A DNA stretch of 64,000 bases from Myxococcales bacterium (GTDB lineage Bacteria > Myxococcota_A > Polyangia > Polyangiales > DASUME01), in assembly GCA_047601445.1 (NCBI GenBank), contig JASGJH010000001.1, positions 1,280,001 to 1,344,000 of the forward strand, read 5' to 3'. The notes beneath the pieces were generated by a model, which was not told the DNA's origin, ran no database searches, and saw nothing but the letters and a program-made list of their open reading frames with translations. The position numbers were made by a program, and so were the translations under genes. Shown piece after piece: positions 10,587-20,977 of this stretch. How positions within the stretch are numbered: position 1 is the stretch's first letter; every line of letters begins with the position of its first letter.

Positions 10587-12727
10587 CCCTGTTCCCCTCT
10601 GGTCCGCGCGAAGAGACCCTGCAGGGCACGGTGGAGTCCGTCGTCTATCAAAGCGCCGATGGCTTCTTCTCCGTCGTGCGCGTACTGGTCGAGCGGGACA
10701 GCAGTGAAGCCACCGTGATCGGCGACCTGGGCAGCGTGAGCCCGGGAGAGTCCCTACGCTTTCGCGGGCGCTTCACCGAACACCCCGTACACGGCAGGCG
10801 CTTTCAGGTGTCGAGCTTCACACCCGTGCTCCCACAGTCGACCCAAGGCATCACGCGATACCTGGGCTCGGGCTTGATCCCGGGCATCGGCAAGGGGCTC
10901 GCCGAGCGACTGGTGCAGCAGTTCGGCGATCGCGCTCTCGACGTCATCGCCACCCAGTCGGGACGACTGCGCGAAGTTCCCGGGATCGGGCGCCAGCGCG
11001 CCCAGGCCATCGCGCAGGCCGTACGGGAGCGCCGCGATGAGACCGAGCTGATGAGCTACCTGCACAGCCTCGGGCTGGGGCCGGCGCTCGCCAAGCGGAT
11101 CCGCAAGCGCTACGGCGAACGCGCGGTGCAGGTGATCCGCGAAGATCCCTACCTGGTCGCTGAGCATGTACCGGGCATCGGCTTCAAAACCGCAGATGCC
11201 ATGGGACGCGCCTCCGGTCTCGCACTGGACGACCCCCGCCGGGCCGCCGCGGCAGCGCTGCACTTGCTCGGCGCCGGAGCCGAGGAAGGTCACGTCTATC
11301 TCACGGCCGATCAACTCGTCGAAGATGGCGAAGAGCTCGACGTGCCCGCAGCGCGCATGCAGGAAGCCATCGAGAGCCTCGCCTCGCGCGAACTCATCGC
11401 ACGCGAAGGCAACGCGGTGTACGCAGCACCGCTCTATCATGCCGAGGTCGAAGTGGCGCGGCTCCTGCGCGAACGCGTGCTGAGCTCTTCGGGGTCACGA
11501 CCAGCCGACGAGTTGACCGCGAGTCATGGCCTCTCCGAAGCACAGTCACGGGCGGTAGCCGCCACGTTCGCCTCACGGGTGCTCATCATCACCGGTGGTC
11601 CCGGCACAGGCAAGACCACCACCGTGCGGGGCATCGTGGCCGCTCACCGCGAGCTCGGTCGCCAAGTCGTGTTGTGCGCGCCCACCGGTCGCGCCGCCAA
11701 GCGCCTGAGCGAAGCCTCGGGAGCCGAGGCCAAAACCATCCACCGCCTGCTCGAGTGGAACCCGGCCACCGCGCGCTTCCAGCGTGACCGTGACAACCCC
11801 GTGGAGGCCGACGTGGTGTTGGTAGACGAAGCCTCCATGCTCAACCTGCAGCTGGCGCACCGCCTGTTCGAGGCCATCCCGCCGCAGGTCCCGCTGGTGT
11901 TGGTCGGAGATGTCGATCAGCTCCCCCCGGTCGGCGCGGGTCAAGTGCTGCGCGCGGTCATCGACAGCGGCGTGGTGCCGGTCGAGCGCCTCGCCACGGT
12001 GTTTCGCCAGGCCCAGGAGAGCCATATCGTGCGCGGAGCCCACGCCATCCTCCATGGAGAACCGCCGCCCTCGAGTCCAGCGGGCCAGCAAGGCTCGGGA
12101 GAGCTGTTCGTGGTGAAAGCCAAGGAGCCCGAGGCGGCGCTCGGCAAGCTCCAGGAGATGCTCAAGCGCCTGCCCACGGCCTACGGCTTCGACCTCAAGC
12201 GTGACGTGATGGTGCTCTCGCCGATGCGGCGTGGACCGCTCGGCACCGAGCGACTCAACGAGTTCCTCCAGCGCGAGTTCAACCCGAGCTTGAGCGGCTC
12301 GGAGAAGTCCCTGGCGCTGCGCCCTGGCGACCGCGTGATGCAACTGCGCAACGACTACGACAAGGAAGCCTTCAACGGTGATCTGGGCGAAATTCGAAAC
12401 GTGGCCGGCGGCGTAACCTACGTGTCCATGGACGGGCGCGAGGTGCGCTACAAGCACGACGAGCTCGACGACCTCACGCTGGCCTACGCCTCCACGGTGC
12501 ACAAGGTGCAGGGCAGCGAGTTTCCCGCGGTCATCGTGGTGCTGCACGCTTCGCATCATGTGCTTCTGTCGCGCGCGTTGCTCTACACGGCGGTGACCCG
12601 CGCCAAGCGCTTGGCCATCGTCCTCGGCGACGAACGGGCGCTTCTGCGCGCGGTCCGCAACGTCGAGAGTCAGCAATCCCAAAGCAAACTCACCGAACGC
12701 CTGCGCGCCGCTTTTCCCACAACATAG
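10583..12727 (+). CDS. recD2: ATP-dependent RecD2-like DNA helicase
   Basis: N-terminal OB/HhH region (YLGSGLIPGIG, PGIGFKTAD); ITGGPGTGKTT, DEASM, GDVDQLPPVG, TVHKVQGSE and LLYTAVTRAK motifs. Confidence 0.95.
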   Translation: MTLFPSGPREETLQGTVESVVYQSADGFFSVVRVLVERDSSEATVIGDLGSVSPGESLRFRGRFTEHPVHGRRFQVSSFTPVLPQSTQGITRYLGSGLIPGIGKGLAERLVQQFGDRALDVIATQSGRLREVPGIGRQRAQAIAQAVRERRDETELMSYLHSLGLGPALAKRIRKRYGERAVQVIREDPYLVAEHVPGIGFKTADAMGRASGLALDDPRRAAAAALHLLGAGAEEGHVYLTADQLVEDGEELDVPAARMQEAIESLASRELIAREGNAVYAAPLYHAEVEVARLLRERVLSSSGSRPADELTASHGLSEAQSRAVAATFASRVLIITGGPGTGKTTTVRGIVAAHRELGRQVVLCAPTGRAAKRLSEASGAEAKTIHRLLEWNPATARFQRDRDNPVEADVVLVDEASMLNLQLAHRLFEAIPPQVPLVLVGDVDQLPPVGAGQVLRAVIDSGVVPVERLATVFRQAQESHIVRGAHAILHGEPPPSSPAGQQGSGELFVVKAKEPEAALGKLQEMLKRLPTAYGFDLKRDVMVLSPMRRGPLGTERLNEFLQREFNPSLSGSEKSLALRPGDRVMQLRNDYDKEAFNGDLGEIRNVAGGVTYVSMDGREVRYKHDELDDLTLAYASTVHKVQGSEFPAVIVVLHASHHVLLSRALLYTAVTRAKRLAIVLGDERALLRAVRNVESQQSQSKLTERLRAAFPTT

Positions 12728-12747
12728 GGGCCTGCTAGGCTCCTGCC

Positions 12748-14388
12748 ATGCATCCCTTGGCCGGCCGCCCCGCACCACGTTCCCTCCTGGTATCGATTCC
12801 GCGGCTGGTCACCGCGTACTATGCGCAGACGCCCGATCCCAAGGTCGCCGCCGAGCGCGTGGCCTTCGGCACCTCGGGCCATCGCGGCTCCTCCTTCACC
12901 CGTAGCTTCAATGAGGCGCACATCGCAGCGGTCACCCAGGCCGTCTGCGACTACCGCAAGCAAGCCGGCATCGACGGTCCCCTGTTCCTCGGCATCGACA
13001 CCCACGCGCTGAGCGAACCAGCGCTCGAAACCGCCGTCTCGGTGCTGATCGCCAACGGCGTCACCACCATGGTCGACAGCGCGCGCGGCTACACCCCCAC
13101 GCCCGCGGTGTCCCACGCCATCCTCACCTACAACCACGGGCGCAAGCAGCAGCTGGCGGACGGCATCGTGGTCACGCCTTCCCACAATCCTCCGGACGAT
13201 GGCGGGTTCAAGTACAACCCGCCCCACGGCGGTCCGGCCGACACCGACGTCACCAAGGTCATCGAGGCCGGCGCCAACGCCTACCTCGAAGCGGGCTTGA
13301 GCGGCGTCAAGCGCGTGGCCGCCTCCGAGGCCTGGAGCGCCACCCACAAGCACGACTACATCGCGAGCTACGTGGGCGACCTCGAGCACGTCATCGACAT
13401 GGACAAGCTGCGTTCAGCCAAGCTGCGCATCGGCGTCGATCCCCTCGGCGGAGCCGCAGTCGGCTACTGGGCCCCCATCGCCGAGCGCTACAAGCTCGAT
13501 CTGAACATCGTCAACGACGGCGTCGACCCGACCTTCTCGTTCGTACGTGTGGATCACGACGGCAAGATCCGTATGGATTGCTCCTCGCCTTCGGCCATGG
13601 CCGGCCTCGTGGAGATGCGCGACCGCTTCGACCTGGCCTTCGGCAACGACGCCGACGTGGATCGCCACGGCATCGTCACGCCCAAGGGCGGTCTCCTGAA
13701 TCCGAACCATTATCTGGCCATCGCCATCGACTACCTCGCCCAACATCGCCCGGGCTTCGCGCCGTCGGCTGGCATCGGCAAGACCCTGGTCTCGAGCAGC
13801 CTCATCGACCGCGTGGCGCACGGGGTCAAGCGGCCGCTCGTGGAAGTCCCCGTCGGGTTCAAGTGGTTCGTTCCGGGTTTGTCCGATGGCAGCCTGTTCT
13901 TCGGCGGCGAAGAGAGCGCGGGAGCCTCGTTCCTGCGCCGCGACGGCCGCGTCTGGACCACGGACAAAGACGGCATCGTCATGGACCTCCTGGCCGCAGA
14001 GATTCGCGCAGTCACGGGCAAGGATCTCGCCGACTACTACCAAAGCCTCACCGCGCGCTATGGCGCTCCCGTCTACGCCCGCAAGGACGTCCCCACGAGT
14101 CCCGCCCACAAGGCCGCGCTCGGCAAGCTCTCGCCCGAGCAGGTCACCCTCAAGCAGCTGGCGGGGGATCCCATCGAGAACGTCCTCACCAAGGCTCCCG
14201 GCAATGGCGCCAGCATCGGCGGCATCAAAGTCACCACCGCGCGCGGCTGGTTCGCGGCCCGCCCCTCGGGCACGGAGAACGTCTACAAGGTCTACGCGGA
14301 AAGCTTCGTGGACGACGCCCACCTGCGCCGCATCCAGCAAGACGCCGAGGGGCTCGTGTCGAGCGCCCTCAAGGCAGCCGGGCTCTAG
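12748..14388 (+). CDS. pgm: Phosphoglucomutase (glucose-1,6-bisphosphate dependent)
   Basis: [27 protein letters not shown] and RPSGTE motifs. Confidence 0.97.
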   Translation: MHPLAGRPAPRSLLVSIPRLVTAYYAQTPDPKVAAERVAFGTSGHRGSSFTRSFNEAHIAAVTQAVCDYRKQAGIDGPLFLGIDTHALSEPALETAVSVLIANGVTTMVDSARGYTPTPAVSHAILTYNHGRKQQLADGIVVTPSHNPPDDGGFKYNPPHGGPADTDVTKVIEAGANAYLEAGLSGVKRVAASEAWSATHKHDYIASYVGDLEHVIDMDKLRSAKLRIGVDPLGGAAVGYWAPIAERYKLDLNIVNDGVDPTFSFVRVDHDGKIRMDCSSPSAMAGLVEMRDRFDLAFGNDADVDRHGIVTPKGGLLNPNHYLAIAIDYLAQHRPGFAPSAGIGKTLVSSSLIDRVAHGVKRPLVEVPVGFKWFVPGLSDGSLFFGGEESAGASFLRRDGRVWTTDKDGIVMDLLAAEIRAVTGKDLADYYQSLTARYGAPVYARKDVPTSPAHKAALGKLSPEQVTLKQLAGDPIENVLTKAPGNGASIGGIKVTTARGWFAARPSGTENVYKVYAESFVDDAHLRRIQQDAEGLVSSALKAAGL

Positions 14389-14399
14389 CAACTGAAGCG

Positions 14400-15503
14400 C
14401 TAGTCGTCGCCGAAGATCAGGCGCACCACGGCGTCGTGGAAATGCGGTCTATAGGTGCGGATCTTGATGTTCTCGCGTGTCGTGTGCACTCGATTGCTCA
14501 ACAGCACCACGCACAGGGCACGCGCAGGATCGCACCAGATCGAGGTCCCGGTGAACCCGAGGTGCCCGAAGGCGCGCGACGAAAACAGCCCGCCCGCGCT
14601 CGACCCCTCCGCGCTCTTGGTGTCCCAACCAATGACGTGACCGCCCCCCGGCCGCGGCTTCAGCGCCCAGCGCAAGATCCCCTGGTCCAGCCAGCGTGAG
14701 CGGCCCTCCAGTGCATCCAGCAGCGCGAGCCCGAAGTCCAGCACCGCATCCGCCTGCCCGAATAGCCCTGCGTGCCCCGCGATGCCGCCGAACACCGCGC
14801 AGTTCTCGTCGTGGACTTCTCCGAGCACCACACGCCCGCGAAACTCGCATTGCTCCGTGGGCGCTACTCGCTCGAGCAACTCGTCGCGCCGGTCGGCCGG
14901 CAAGGCCGCCGCATAGAAGACCTCCTGCGAGATCCCCAACGGGTCCGTGACCTGCTCCCGCACGAGGCGGTCGAGCGGCACCCCGGCCGCCCGCGCCAAC
15001 GCTTCCCCGGCCACGATGTAACCGAGATCGCTGTATACGCTGCCCTGCGCGGGTTCACCGGTATATCCCCGCGTCGCGGCCTCCCGGAGGATGAAACGCT
15101 TGGCCTCTGCGCTCCCGAAAGGCGCCCGCGTTTCTCGAAACAGCCCGCCCCACGGTGAGAGCCCGGCGCGGTGGGACAAAAGGCTCGCCACGGACGCTTC
15201 TCCGCCCACGGTTTCGGCCAGCTCCGGCAACACATCCGCGACTGGCCCATGGAGGTCCACACGCCCCGCTTGCGAGAGCCGCAGCGCACTCACCGCCACG
15301 AATGGCTTGGTCAGGGACGCCAAGTCGTAGATCGTGTCGAGCTCCGCGAAGGCCCCCTCTTTGGTGAGTACCCCGGCGCAAGCAGACAGGCGCTGCACGG
15401 TGCTGCCTTCACGCCAGCCAAGCGCGGCCACCGCCCCAGGAAACACCCCCTCATGCACCCCCTCGTGCAACAACAGTTCGAGCTCACTGACCCGCGTATC
15501 CAT
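14400..15503 (-). CDS. Serine hydrolase, beta-lactamase-related family
   Basis: DLASLTK (SxxK), YSDLG, GEVHDEN, AGHAGLF and FGHLGFTGTS motifs. Confidence 0.92.
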   Translation of the reverse strand: MDTRVSELELLLHEGVHEGVFPGAVAALGWREGSTVQRLSACAGVLTKEGAFAELDTIYDLASLTKPFVAVSALRLSQAGRVDLHGPVADVLPELAETVGGEASVASLLSHRAGLSPWGGLFRETRAPFGSAEAKRFILREAATRGYTGEPAQGSVYSDLGYIVAGEALARAAGVPLDRLVREQVTDPLGISQEVFYAAALPADRRDELLERVAPTEQCEFRGRVVLGEVHDENCAVFGGIAGHAGLFGQADAVLDFGLALLDALEGRSRWLDQGILRWALKPRPGGGHVIGWDTKSAEGSSAGGLFSSRAFGHLGFTGTSIWCDPARALCVVLLSNRVHTTRENIKIRTYRPHFHDAVVRLIFGDD

Positions 15504-15550
15504 CCCTTTCCGTCTACCGGAGCCCAACGAGCGGGTCTACATAACGCCTC

Positions 15551-16636
15551 GTGAACACCGTCGAGTCTTCCTTGGAGCAATTGCGTCAACGTCAGACCAC
15601 GCTGCCCTTCGTCACCGCCCACGTGCCGGCAGTCACAGGCGTACTCAAGCAGACGCCCGAGGACTTCGAAGTCGAGGAGATCCCCGCCTATTTGCCCTCG
15701 GGTGAAGGCGAGCACCTCTACCTCTGGATCGAGAAGCGCGAGCTAAATACACCCGATGCGGCGCGGCACCTGGCCCGGGCGCTCCAGACCCGGCCCGAAA
15801 ACGCCGGCTGGGCGGGGCTGAAGGACCGGCGCGCGGTCACCCGGCAGTGGATCAGCTTCCAGTGTCCGACCACCCCGACCCCGGAGAGCCTCGACGTGCC
15901 CGGCGTGCGGGTCCTCTCGGTCTCCCGCCACGCCAACAAGCTGCGCACGGGCCACCTGCGTGGAAATCGCTTTCGCTTGCGCCTGGCGGGCGTGCCCGAC
16001 GGCCAGGAGCGCCACGTGGAGGAGGCCTTGGCCCACCTGCAACAGGTCGGGTTGCCTGCGTATTTTGGAACGCAGCGCTTCGGCTTCGGCGGCAAGAACC
16101 TGACCAACGCCTACGCCTGGATCGTGGGCGGCGAGCGGGCCCCCCAGAAGCCGTTCCTGCGCAAGCTCTTCGTGTCGGCCCTGCAGGGCGCGCTCTTCAA
16201 CGCCTGGCTTGGGGATCGTATCGAGAACAAGACGTTCGGCAGTGCCCTCTTGGGCGACCTGATGCGCAAGGAAGATACGGGCGGCATCTTCCTTTGCGAG
16301 GATCCCGCGACCGACGGCGCGCGTATCGAACGCTGGGAAATATCTCCCACAGGTCCGATGTTCGGGGCACGCATGAAAGCTCCCACCGGCGACGCCCTGG
16401 CGCGCGAGAACGAACAGTTGGCTCGCTACGGGGTCACCATGGAGCACCTTTCGCGCGTTGAGCGCTTCGGCGAAGGGACGCGGCGTCCCGCGAGAGTGAG
16501 ACCGGACCAAGTCAGCACAGAGCGTGCGGGCGCGGACCTGGTCCTCGAATTTCGGGTTACCCCGCGGTGCTTACGCCACCGAACTTGTCTCGGAGCTGTT
16601 AAAACTCGCGAATTGAGCCTGAGCGAAGAATCTTGA
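15551..16636 (+). CDS. truD: tRNA pseudouridine(13) synthase; 3' end shows an apparent frameshift
   Basis: PEDFEVEE, AGLKDRRAVTRQW, GHLRGNRF and YFGTQRFG motifs. The conserved C-terminal FGLPRGAYAT lies in a shifted frame from ~16551. Confidence 0.93.
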   Translation: MNTVESSLEQLRQRQTTLPFVTAHVPAVTGVLKQTPEDFEVEEIPAYLPSGEGEHLYLWIEKRELNTPDAARHLARALQTRPENAGWAGLKDRRAVTRQWISFQCPTTPTPESLDVPGVRVLSVSRHANKLRTGHLRGNRFRLRLAGVPDGQERHVEEALAHLQQVGLPAYFGTQRFGFGGKNLTNAYAWIVGGERAPQKPFLRKLFVSALQGALFNAWLGDRIENKTFGSALLGDLMRKEDTGGIFLCEDPATDGARIERWEISPTGPMFGARMKAPTGDALARENEQLARYGVTMEHLSRVERFGEGTRRPARVRPDQVSTERAGADLVLEFRVTPRCLRHRTCLGAVKTRELSLSEES

Positions 16637-16712
16637 GCGCTTGCCGGCTCCGGGTGCCTCCCGTACTTTCAGGGCCCCGCTGGGCCGTCGAGTCTCAACT
16701 GTTGGAGAGCAA

Positions 16713-17366
16713 ATGGATATTCAAGAGCGTTTGACCGCGTTTTCGATGCTTGGAGCCGCCTGGGTGATGTGGCTTCTCATCGGGCTCTCCGTGATCGGTC
16801 TGGGGATTATCCTCGAGCGCGCTTACTACTACCTGGCCTCGAGCGACGACTATCGGCGCCTGCGTGACGACCTCTTCCCGCTCATCCGCAAGGGCGACCT
16901 CAGCGCAGTGGGGCAGCGCCTCGAGAAGTCGCGCTCGCTCGAAGCCAAGGTGCTGTCGGCGGGTCTCGATTGGTCGGACAAGGGTGCCGAGGCTGCCGCC
17001 GAGAGCATGGCGGGCGCAACCCAACTCGCGCGCTTGAACATGGAACGCAACCTCGCGTTCCTCGGCACCGTGGGTAACAACGCGCCGTTCGTGGGACTGC
17101 TCGGCACCGTCATCGGCATCATCCGCTCCTTCCACGAGCTCAACGCGACCCAGGGCAAGCTGAGCGACACGCTGATGTCGGAGGTCGGTGAGGCGCTGGT
17201 CGCCACGGCCATCGGCATCTTGGTGGCCATTCCCTGCGTGGCTTTCTTCAACTTCTTCCAGCGCGTGATTCGCGCGCGCCTCGGACAGGCAGAAACCTTG
17301 AGCCGCGAACTGCTGGCTTACTTGCGCTCAAAAGAGGGCACTGCAAGCCCCAGCGCGGCGGAGTGA
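16713..17366 (+). CDS. exbB: MotA/TolQ/ExbB proton channel protein
   Basis: LGTVGNNAPFVGLLGTVIGII and EALVATAIGILVAIP motifs. Confidence 0.92.
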   Translation: MDIQERLTAFSMLGAAWVMWLLIGLSVIGLGIILERAYYYLASSDDYRRLRDDLFPLIRKGDLSAVGQRLEKSRSLEAKVLSAGLDWSDKGAEAAAESMAGATQLARLNMERNLAFLGTVGNNAPFVGLLGTVIGIIRSFHELNATQGKLSDTLMSEVGEALVATAIGILVAIPCVAFFNFFQRVIRARLGQAETLSRELLAYLRSKEGTASPSAAE

Positions 17367-17372
17367 ACGGCC

Positions 17373-17810
17373 ATGGCTGGTAGCTCGAGCGGCGGTGGCG
17401 ACGACGAGATGATTGCCGGCATCAACGTGACCCCGTTGGTCGACGTGGTGCTGGTGCTCTTGATCATCCTGATGGTCACGGCGCAGTACGTGGCCGACAA
17501 AGACTCGATCCCGATGGAGCTTCCCAAGGCGGCCAGCGGTGAGAGCGCGGGACAACCCTCGACGCTGTCGGTTTCGATCGACAAAGACGGTCGGTTCTAC
17601 CTCGACGCTCAAGAGCTCACTTTGGAGCAGATGCGCGAGCGTGTACGGGCCGCTTACGCGAAAGATCACGATACTCGCGCGGTGATCGCGGCGGACGGCC
17701 GCGTGAACCATGCCATGGTTGTGAAGGCCATCGATCTCCTGCGTCAGGAGAAGGTGACCAAGTTCGCCATCAACGTGCGCCCGGAGGACCTTGCGAGCAG
17801 TGGCAAATGA
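17373..17810 (+). CDS. exbD: ExbD/TolR family protein
   Basis: INVTPLVDVVLVLLIILMVT with the conserved Asp; IAADGRV. Confidence 0.93.
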   Translation: MAGSSSGGGDDEMIAGINVTPLVDVVLVLLIILMVTAQYVADKDSIPMELPKAASGESAGQPSTLSVSIDKDGRFYLDAQELTLEQMRERVRAAYAKDHDTRAVIAADGRVNHAMVVKAIDLLRQEKVTKFAINVRPEDLASSGK

Positions 17811-18642
17811 TGTTGGACAGCGCGCACCCTGGGTAGGTTCGGCAGGCCTTCTGCTGAGCCTGGGCGTGCACGCTGCAATCTTTGCTGCGCTCGGAACCTT
17901 TCGTCTCGATCCGCGCGCGGAGGCGGCGGTCCCGGTGGAGATCAGCGTCATGGAGACGCCCCCTCCCCCGCCTCCGGCCCCCGAGCCCGAGGTAGCGCCG
18001 GCGCTGCCCGAGCCAGAGCCAGAACCCGTGAAGCCGCCGCCCCCGCCCAAAGTGCGGGAGCACGCGCCCAAGCCCGTCGAGGTGCCGCCACCGGAGCAGG
18101 CGACACCCCCGCCCGCCGCCGCGCAGCAGGAGACCATCGCGGACTTCAGCGGCACCACCCTCACGGGCGAAGGCCAGGGGGGATGGCTGAGCGCCGTGGG
18201 TAACGGCGGCGCCATGAACGCCCCCATCGGCCGCCCCGGGGCTCTCGTCACCGGTCGCAACCGCGACGGGGTGGCGGCCGGCGGCGTCATCGACGGGCAA
18301 GGCGGAGTAAGGCTGGTGGGCGAGTCGGATCTTTCGCGGCGCCCCGAGCTGCCGAACGATCGCTTAAACGAAGCCCTCGAGCGCTACTACCCGAAGGCCG
18401 CCCGCCAGCAAGGCATCGAAGGAGTGGCGTTTATCAAGCTGCGAATCCTGGCCAACGGCAAAATGGAGCCGCTGCGCAAGGAGGGCCTGGCCTCGGCCGA
18501 TACCTGGGGCTTCGGGGATGCCTGCATGAAGGCGGTGAAGGAAGTGGCCCAGCAGCATCGTGTGGAAGTGCAGCCCCTCGATCGCCAGGGCCAGCCGGCC
18601 GCGACCGAGATCCGCTTCAAATGCGACTTCACGGTCCTGTAA
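17791..18642 (+). CDS. tonB: TonB family energy transducer
   Basis: TM helix with SxxxH (SLGVH), Pro/Glu-rich linker, C-terminal YPKAARQQGIEG. Start uncertain (17791 or 17800). Confidence 0.88.
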   Translation: MRAVANDVGQRAPWVGSAGLLLSLGVHAAIFAALGTFRLDPRAEAAVPVEISVMETPPPPPPAPEPEVAPALPEPEPEPVKPPPPPKVREHAPKPVEVPPPEQATPPPAAAQQETIADFSGTTLTGEGQGGWLSAVGNGGAMNAPIGRPGALVTGRNRDGVAAGGVIDGQGGVRLVGESDLSRRPELPNDRLNEALERYYPKAARQQGIEGVAFIKLRILANGKMEPLRKEGLASADTWGFGDACMKAVKEVAQQHRVEVQPLDRQGQPAATEIRFKCDFTVL

Positions 18643-18799
18643 GGGCCGGCAATCCGCTGGGATAGCCGCCTGCGCGGTTGCGCGCGCTCACGTGCGTCAT
18701 GCAATATTCCGCTCGGAACGAGCCGGGGGTTGAGCGGGTAGCGCTGGCTCCCTCGCCTCGCGTGCAATCCGCGCGCGCGCCGACTCGCCCGAGCCCATC

Positions 18800-20933
18800 A
18801 TGACCATGCGACGCTTCTTCCTCGTCCTCTGCGCAGCCGTCTTGTTCGTAGCCGGTTCGGCCTCCGCGCAGGTCAGCAAGCAAGACTTCTCCACCGTCCG
18901 TTTCTATCCGTCCATCGGCGTAGGCAACTACATCGGCCTCGACGGCGCGACGGTCGGAGGCCATCGCCACACGTCGTACGGCGTCTGGCTGGACTACTCG
19001 GCCGACACGCTCAAGGTGGACGACCCCTGCGACGGCATTCCCAACAAGGTGGGCCGCTGCGAGAACAACTCCACCTCCTTCGTGCACCGCACGGTCCTGG
19101 CGCACCTGACGGGCAGCATCACGCTCAAGCGTCGCACCCAGAATCTCCTTCGACCTTCCGCTCGGTGGCACCGACACGGACCTATTCTCCACCCGCATTT
19201 CGGCCGGCACCGCCAACCCCACGCTGACCATTCAGCCCAAGCAAGGCTTCGGCTTCGCGGACGCACGACTGGCCGCCAAGACGCGCATCTGGGCCACCCC
19301 CAACGACGAGATCCGCTTCGCGGCCACCGTGTTCACCACGCTGCCCACGGGCATGATCACCAGCCACGGCAACTGCCAGGATCCCGACAAGTGCATGTAC
19401 CTGGGCGAGCGCGGTGTGCAGGCAGGTGCCTACGGCATCGCCGAGTTCGCGCGCGGTGACTTCCGCGGCGCCGTGAATTTCGGCGGCGACTTCCGCCCCC
19501 ACCGCACCTTCCTCACGGCCGAGACCGGCCCGGAGATCCTCTACGGCGTCGCCGGTGCCTACACGTTCACACCGCTCGTGACGGGCAAGGCCGAGCTAGT
19601 CGGCGCAGCCAGCATGAAGGGTCGCGACTACCCTCTCGAGGCGCGCGCCATGGTGGGCATCGGCGACGACCTGGTGTTCAACCTGGGAGCCGGCGCGGGC
19701 TTGGTGGGTGAGGTCGGCAGCCCCAGCTACCGCATCTTCGCGGGGGCGCAGTGGACGCCCGTGCACCGTGACCGCGACCGCGACGGCCTCGACGATCGCG
19801 TAGACGCCTGCCCCAGCGAAGCTGAGGACCAGGACGGATTCATGGACTCCGACGGCTGTGTCGATCCGGACAACGACGGCGACGGCATCCCCGACGAGAA
19901 GGACGGCTGTGACGATGAACGCGAAGACATGGACGGCTTCGCGGACGACGACGGCTGCCCCGACCCGGACAATGACGGCGACGGCGTACCCGACGGCTAC
20001 GATTCCTGCGAGGGCGAGAAGGAAGACCTGGACGGCGACCACGATGACGATGGCTGCGCCGACCTCGACGAAGATCGCGACGGTGTGCGCGACGCCATCG
20101 ACAAGTGCCCGAACTCGCCGGAGGACAGCGACAACCTGGGCGACGAAGACGGCTGCCCCGAGGTCGATTTCGACGGCGATGGCGTGAAGGACGAAGAGGA
20201 CGCCTGCGCCGACACCTCGGAGGTCTGGAACGACATCCTCGACGGCGACGGCTGCCCCGAGGACGACGAAGACGCCGATGGCGTCCCCGATCAGCTCGAC
20301 CAGTGCCCGGACCAGGGCGAAACCCTGAACGGCAAGAACGACCAGGACGGCTGCCCTGACGGCCCCATGACCATGGTGCTGCAGGGTCAGAAGCTCTTGC
20401 CGACCGCGACCCCGGCGTTCGACGGCAACGTGCTGCGCGGCCAGTCGTTCTTGGTGGAAGCGGTCACCGACTACGTCAAGCGCAACCACAAGCGTGGCTC
20501 GGTGAACGTCGTGCTGATTGCGCCCGCCAACGACCCGCACGCAGCGGCGCGCGCTCAGGAGCTCGCCAATGCGTTGCACAAGCGCTCCGGACGCACGGTG
20601 ACCAGTCTCCACTACCCGGGATCCCCCGTGCGCTTCGAGATCGAGTTGGTCCCGCCGGGCTTGAATGCCCTGCCACGTGCGGCCCCGCCGCCAGCGGCCG
20701 CTCCGGCGACCCCACCCGCGTCTCAGGGGCAGCCCGCGGCGCCCGCTACTACACCGCAACCCGGGGAAGCCCCCAAGGCTGTCCCGGCAGCGCCCGCAGC
20801 ACCCACGCCGGCGGAGCCAGTCAAACCCGCTGCTGACGCCCCCAAGGGCGGCGCCGCGGCGCCCAAGCCGGCCCCCAAGGCCAAGCCCAAGGCGGCCCCG
20901 AGCGAGCCGCCCGCGGCTCCAGCGACCCCGTAG
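18800..20933 (+). CDS. Outer-membrane beta-barrel protein with thrombospondin type 3 repeats and a degenerate OmpA-like domain (TraB-like), split by a +1 frameshift at ~19142
   Basis: Signal peptide MRRFFLVLCAAVLFVAGSASA. Removing one A in CAGAATC joins ORF 18800 to ORF 19329 (RTQ-ISFDLPLGG...GFADARLAAK...). DxDxDG..D.CP repeats and a Pro/Ala/Lys tail follow. Confidence 0.82.
19769..20362 (+). repeat. Six ~33-aa thrombospondin type 3 (Ca-binding) coding repeat units
   Basis: Repeated D.D.DG..D..D.C....ED.DG..D.DGC pattern in the translation. Confidence 0.9.
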
Positions 20934-20977
20934 TCGCTTTCTGGACGCTGCAGGGAGCCCGGCGGTAAGGCCATCGG

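Noticed and set aside
14400..15503. Beta-lactam resistance gene
   Set aside because: GEVHDEN and AGHAGLF indicate the esterase/amidase-like serine hydrolase branch, not a class A/C beta-lactamase.
18643..18799. Possible riboswitch between tonB and the TSP3 gene
   Set aside because: There is a CCGCTC/GAGCGG stem but none of the cobalamin, TPP or c-di-GMP conserved motifs I can recognise.
19769..20362. Periodic GAC-rich repeats that might suggest a CRISPR array
   Set aside because: They are in-frame TSP3 coding repeats with degenerate DNA sequence; no identical direct repeats with spacers and no cas genes.
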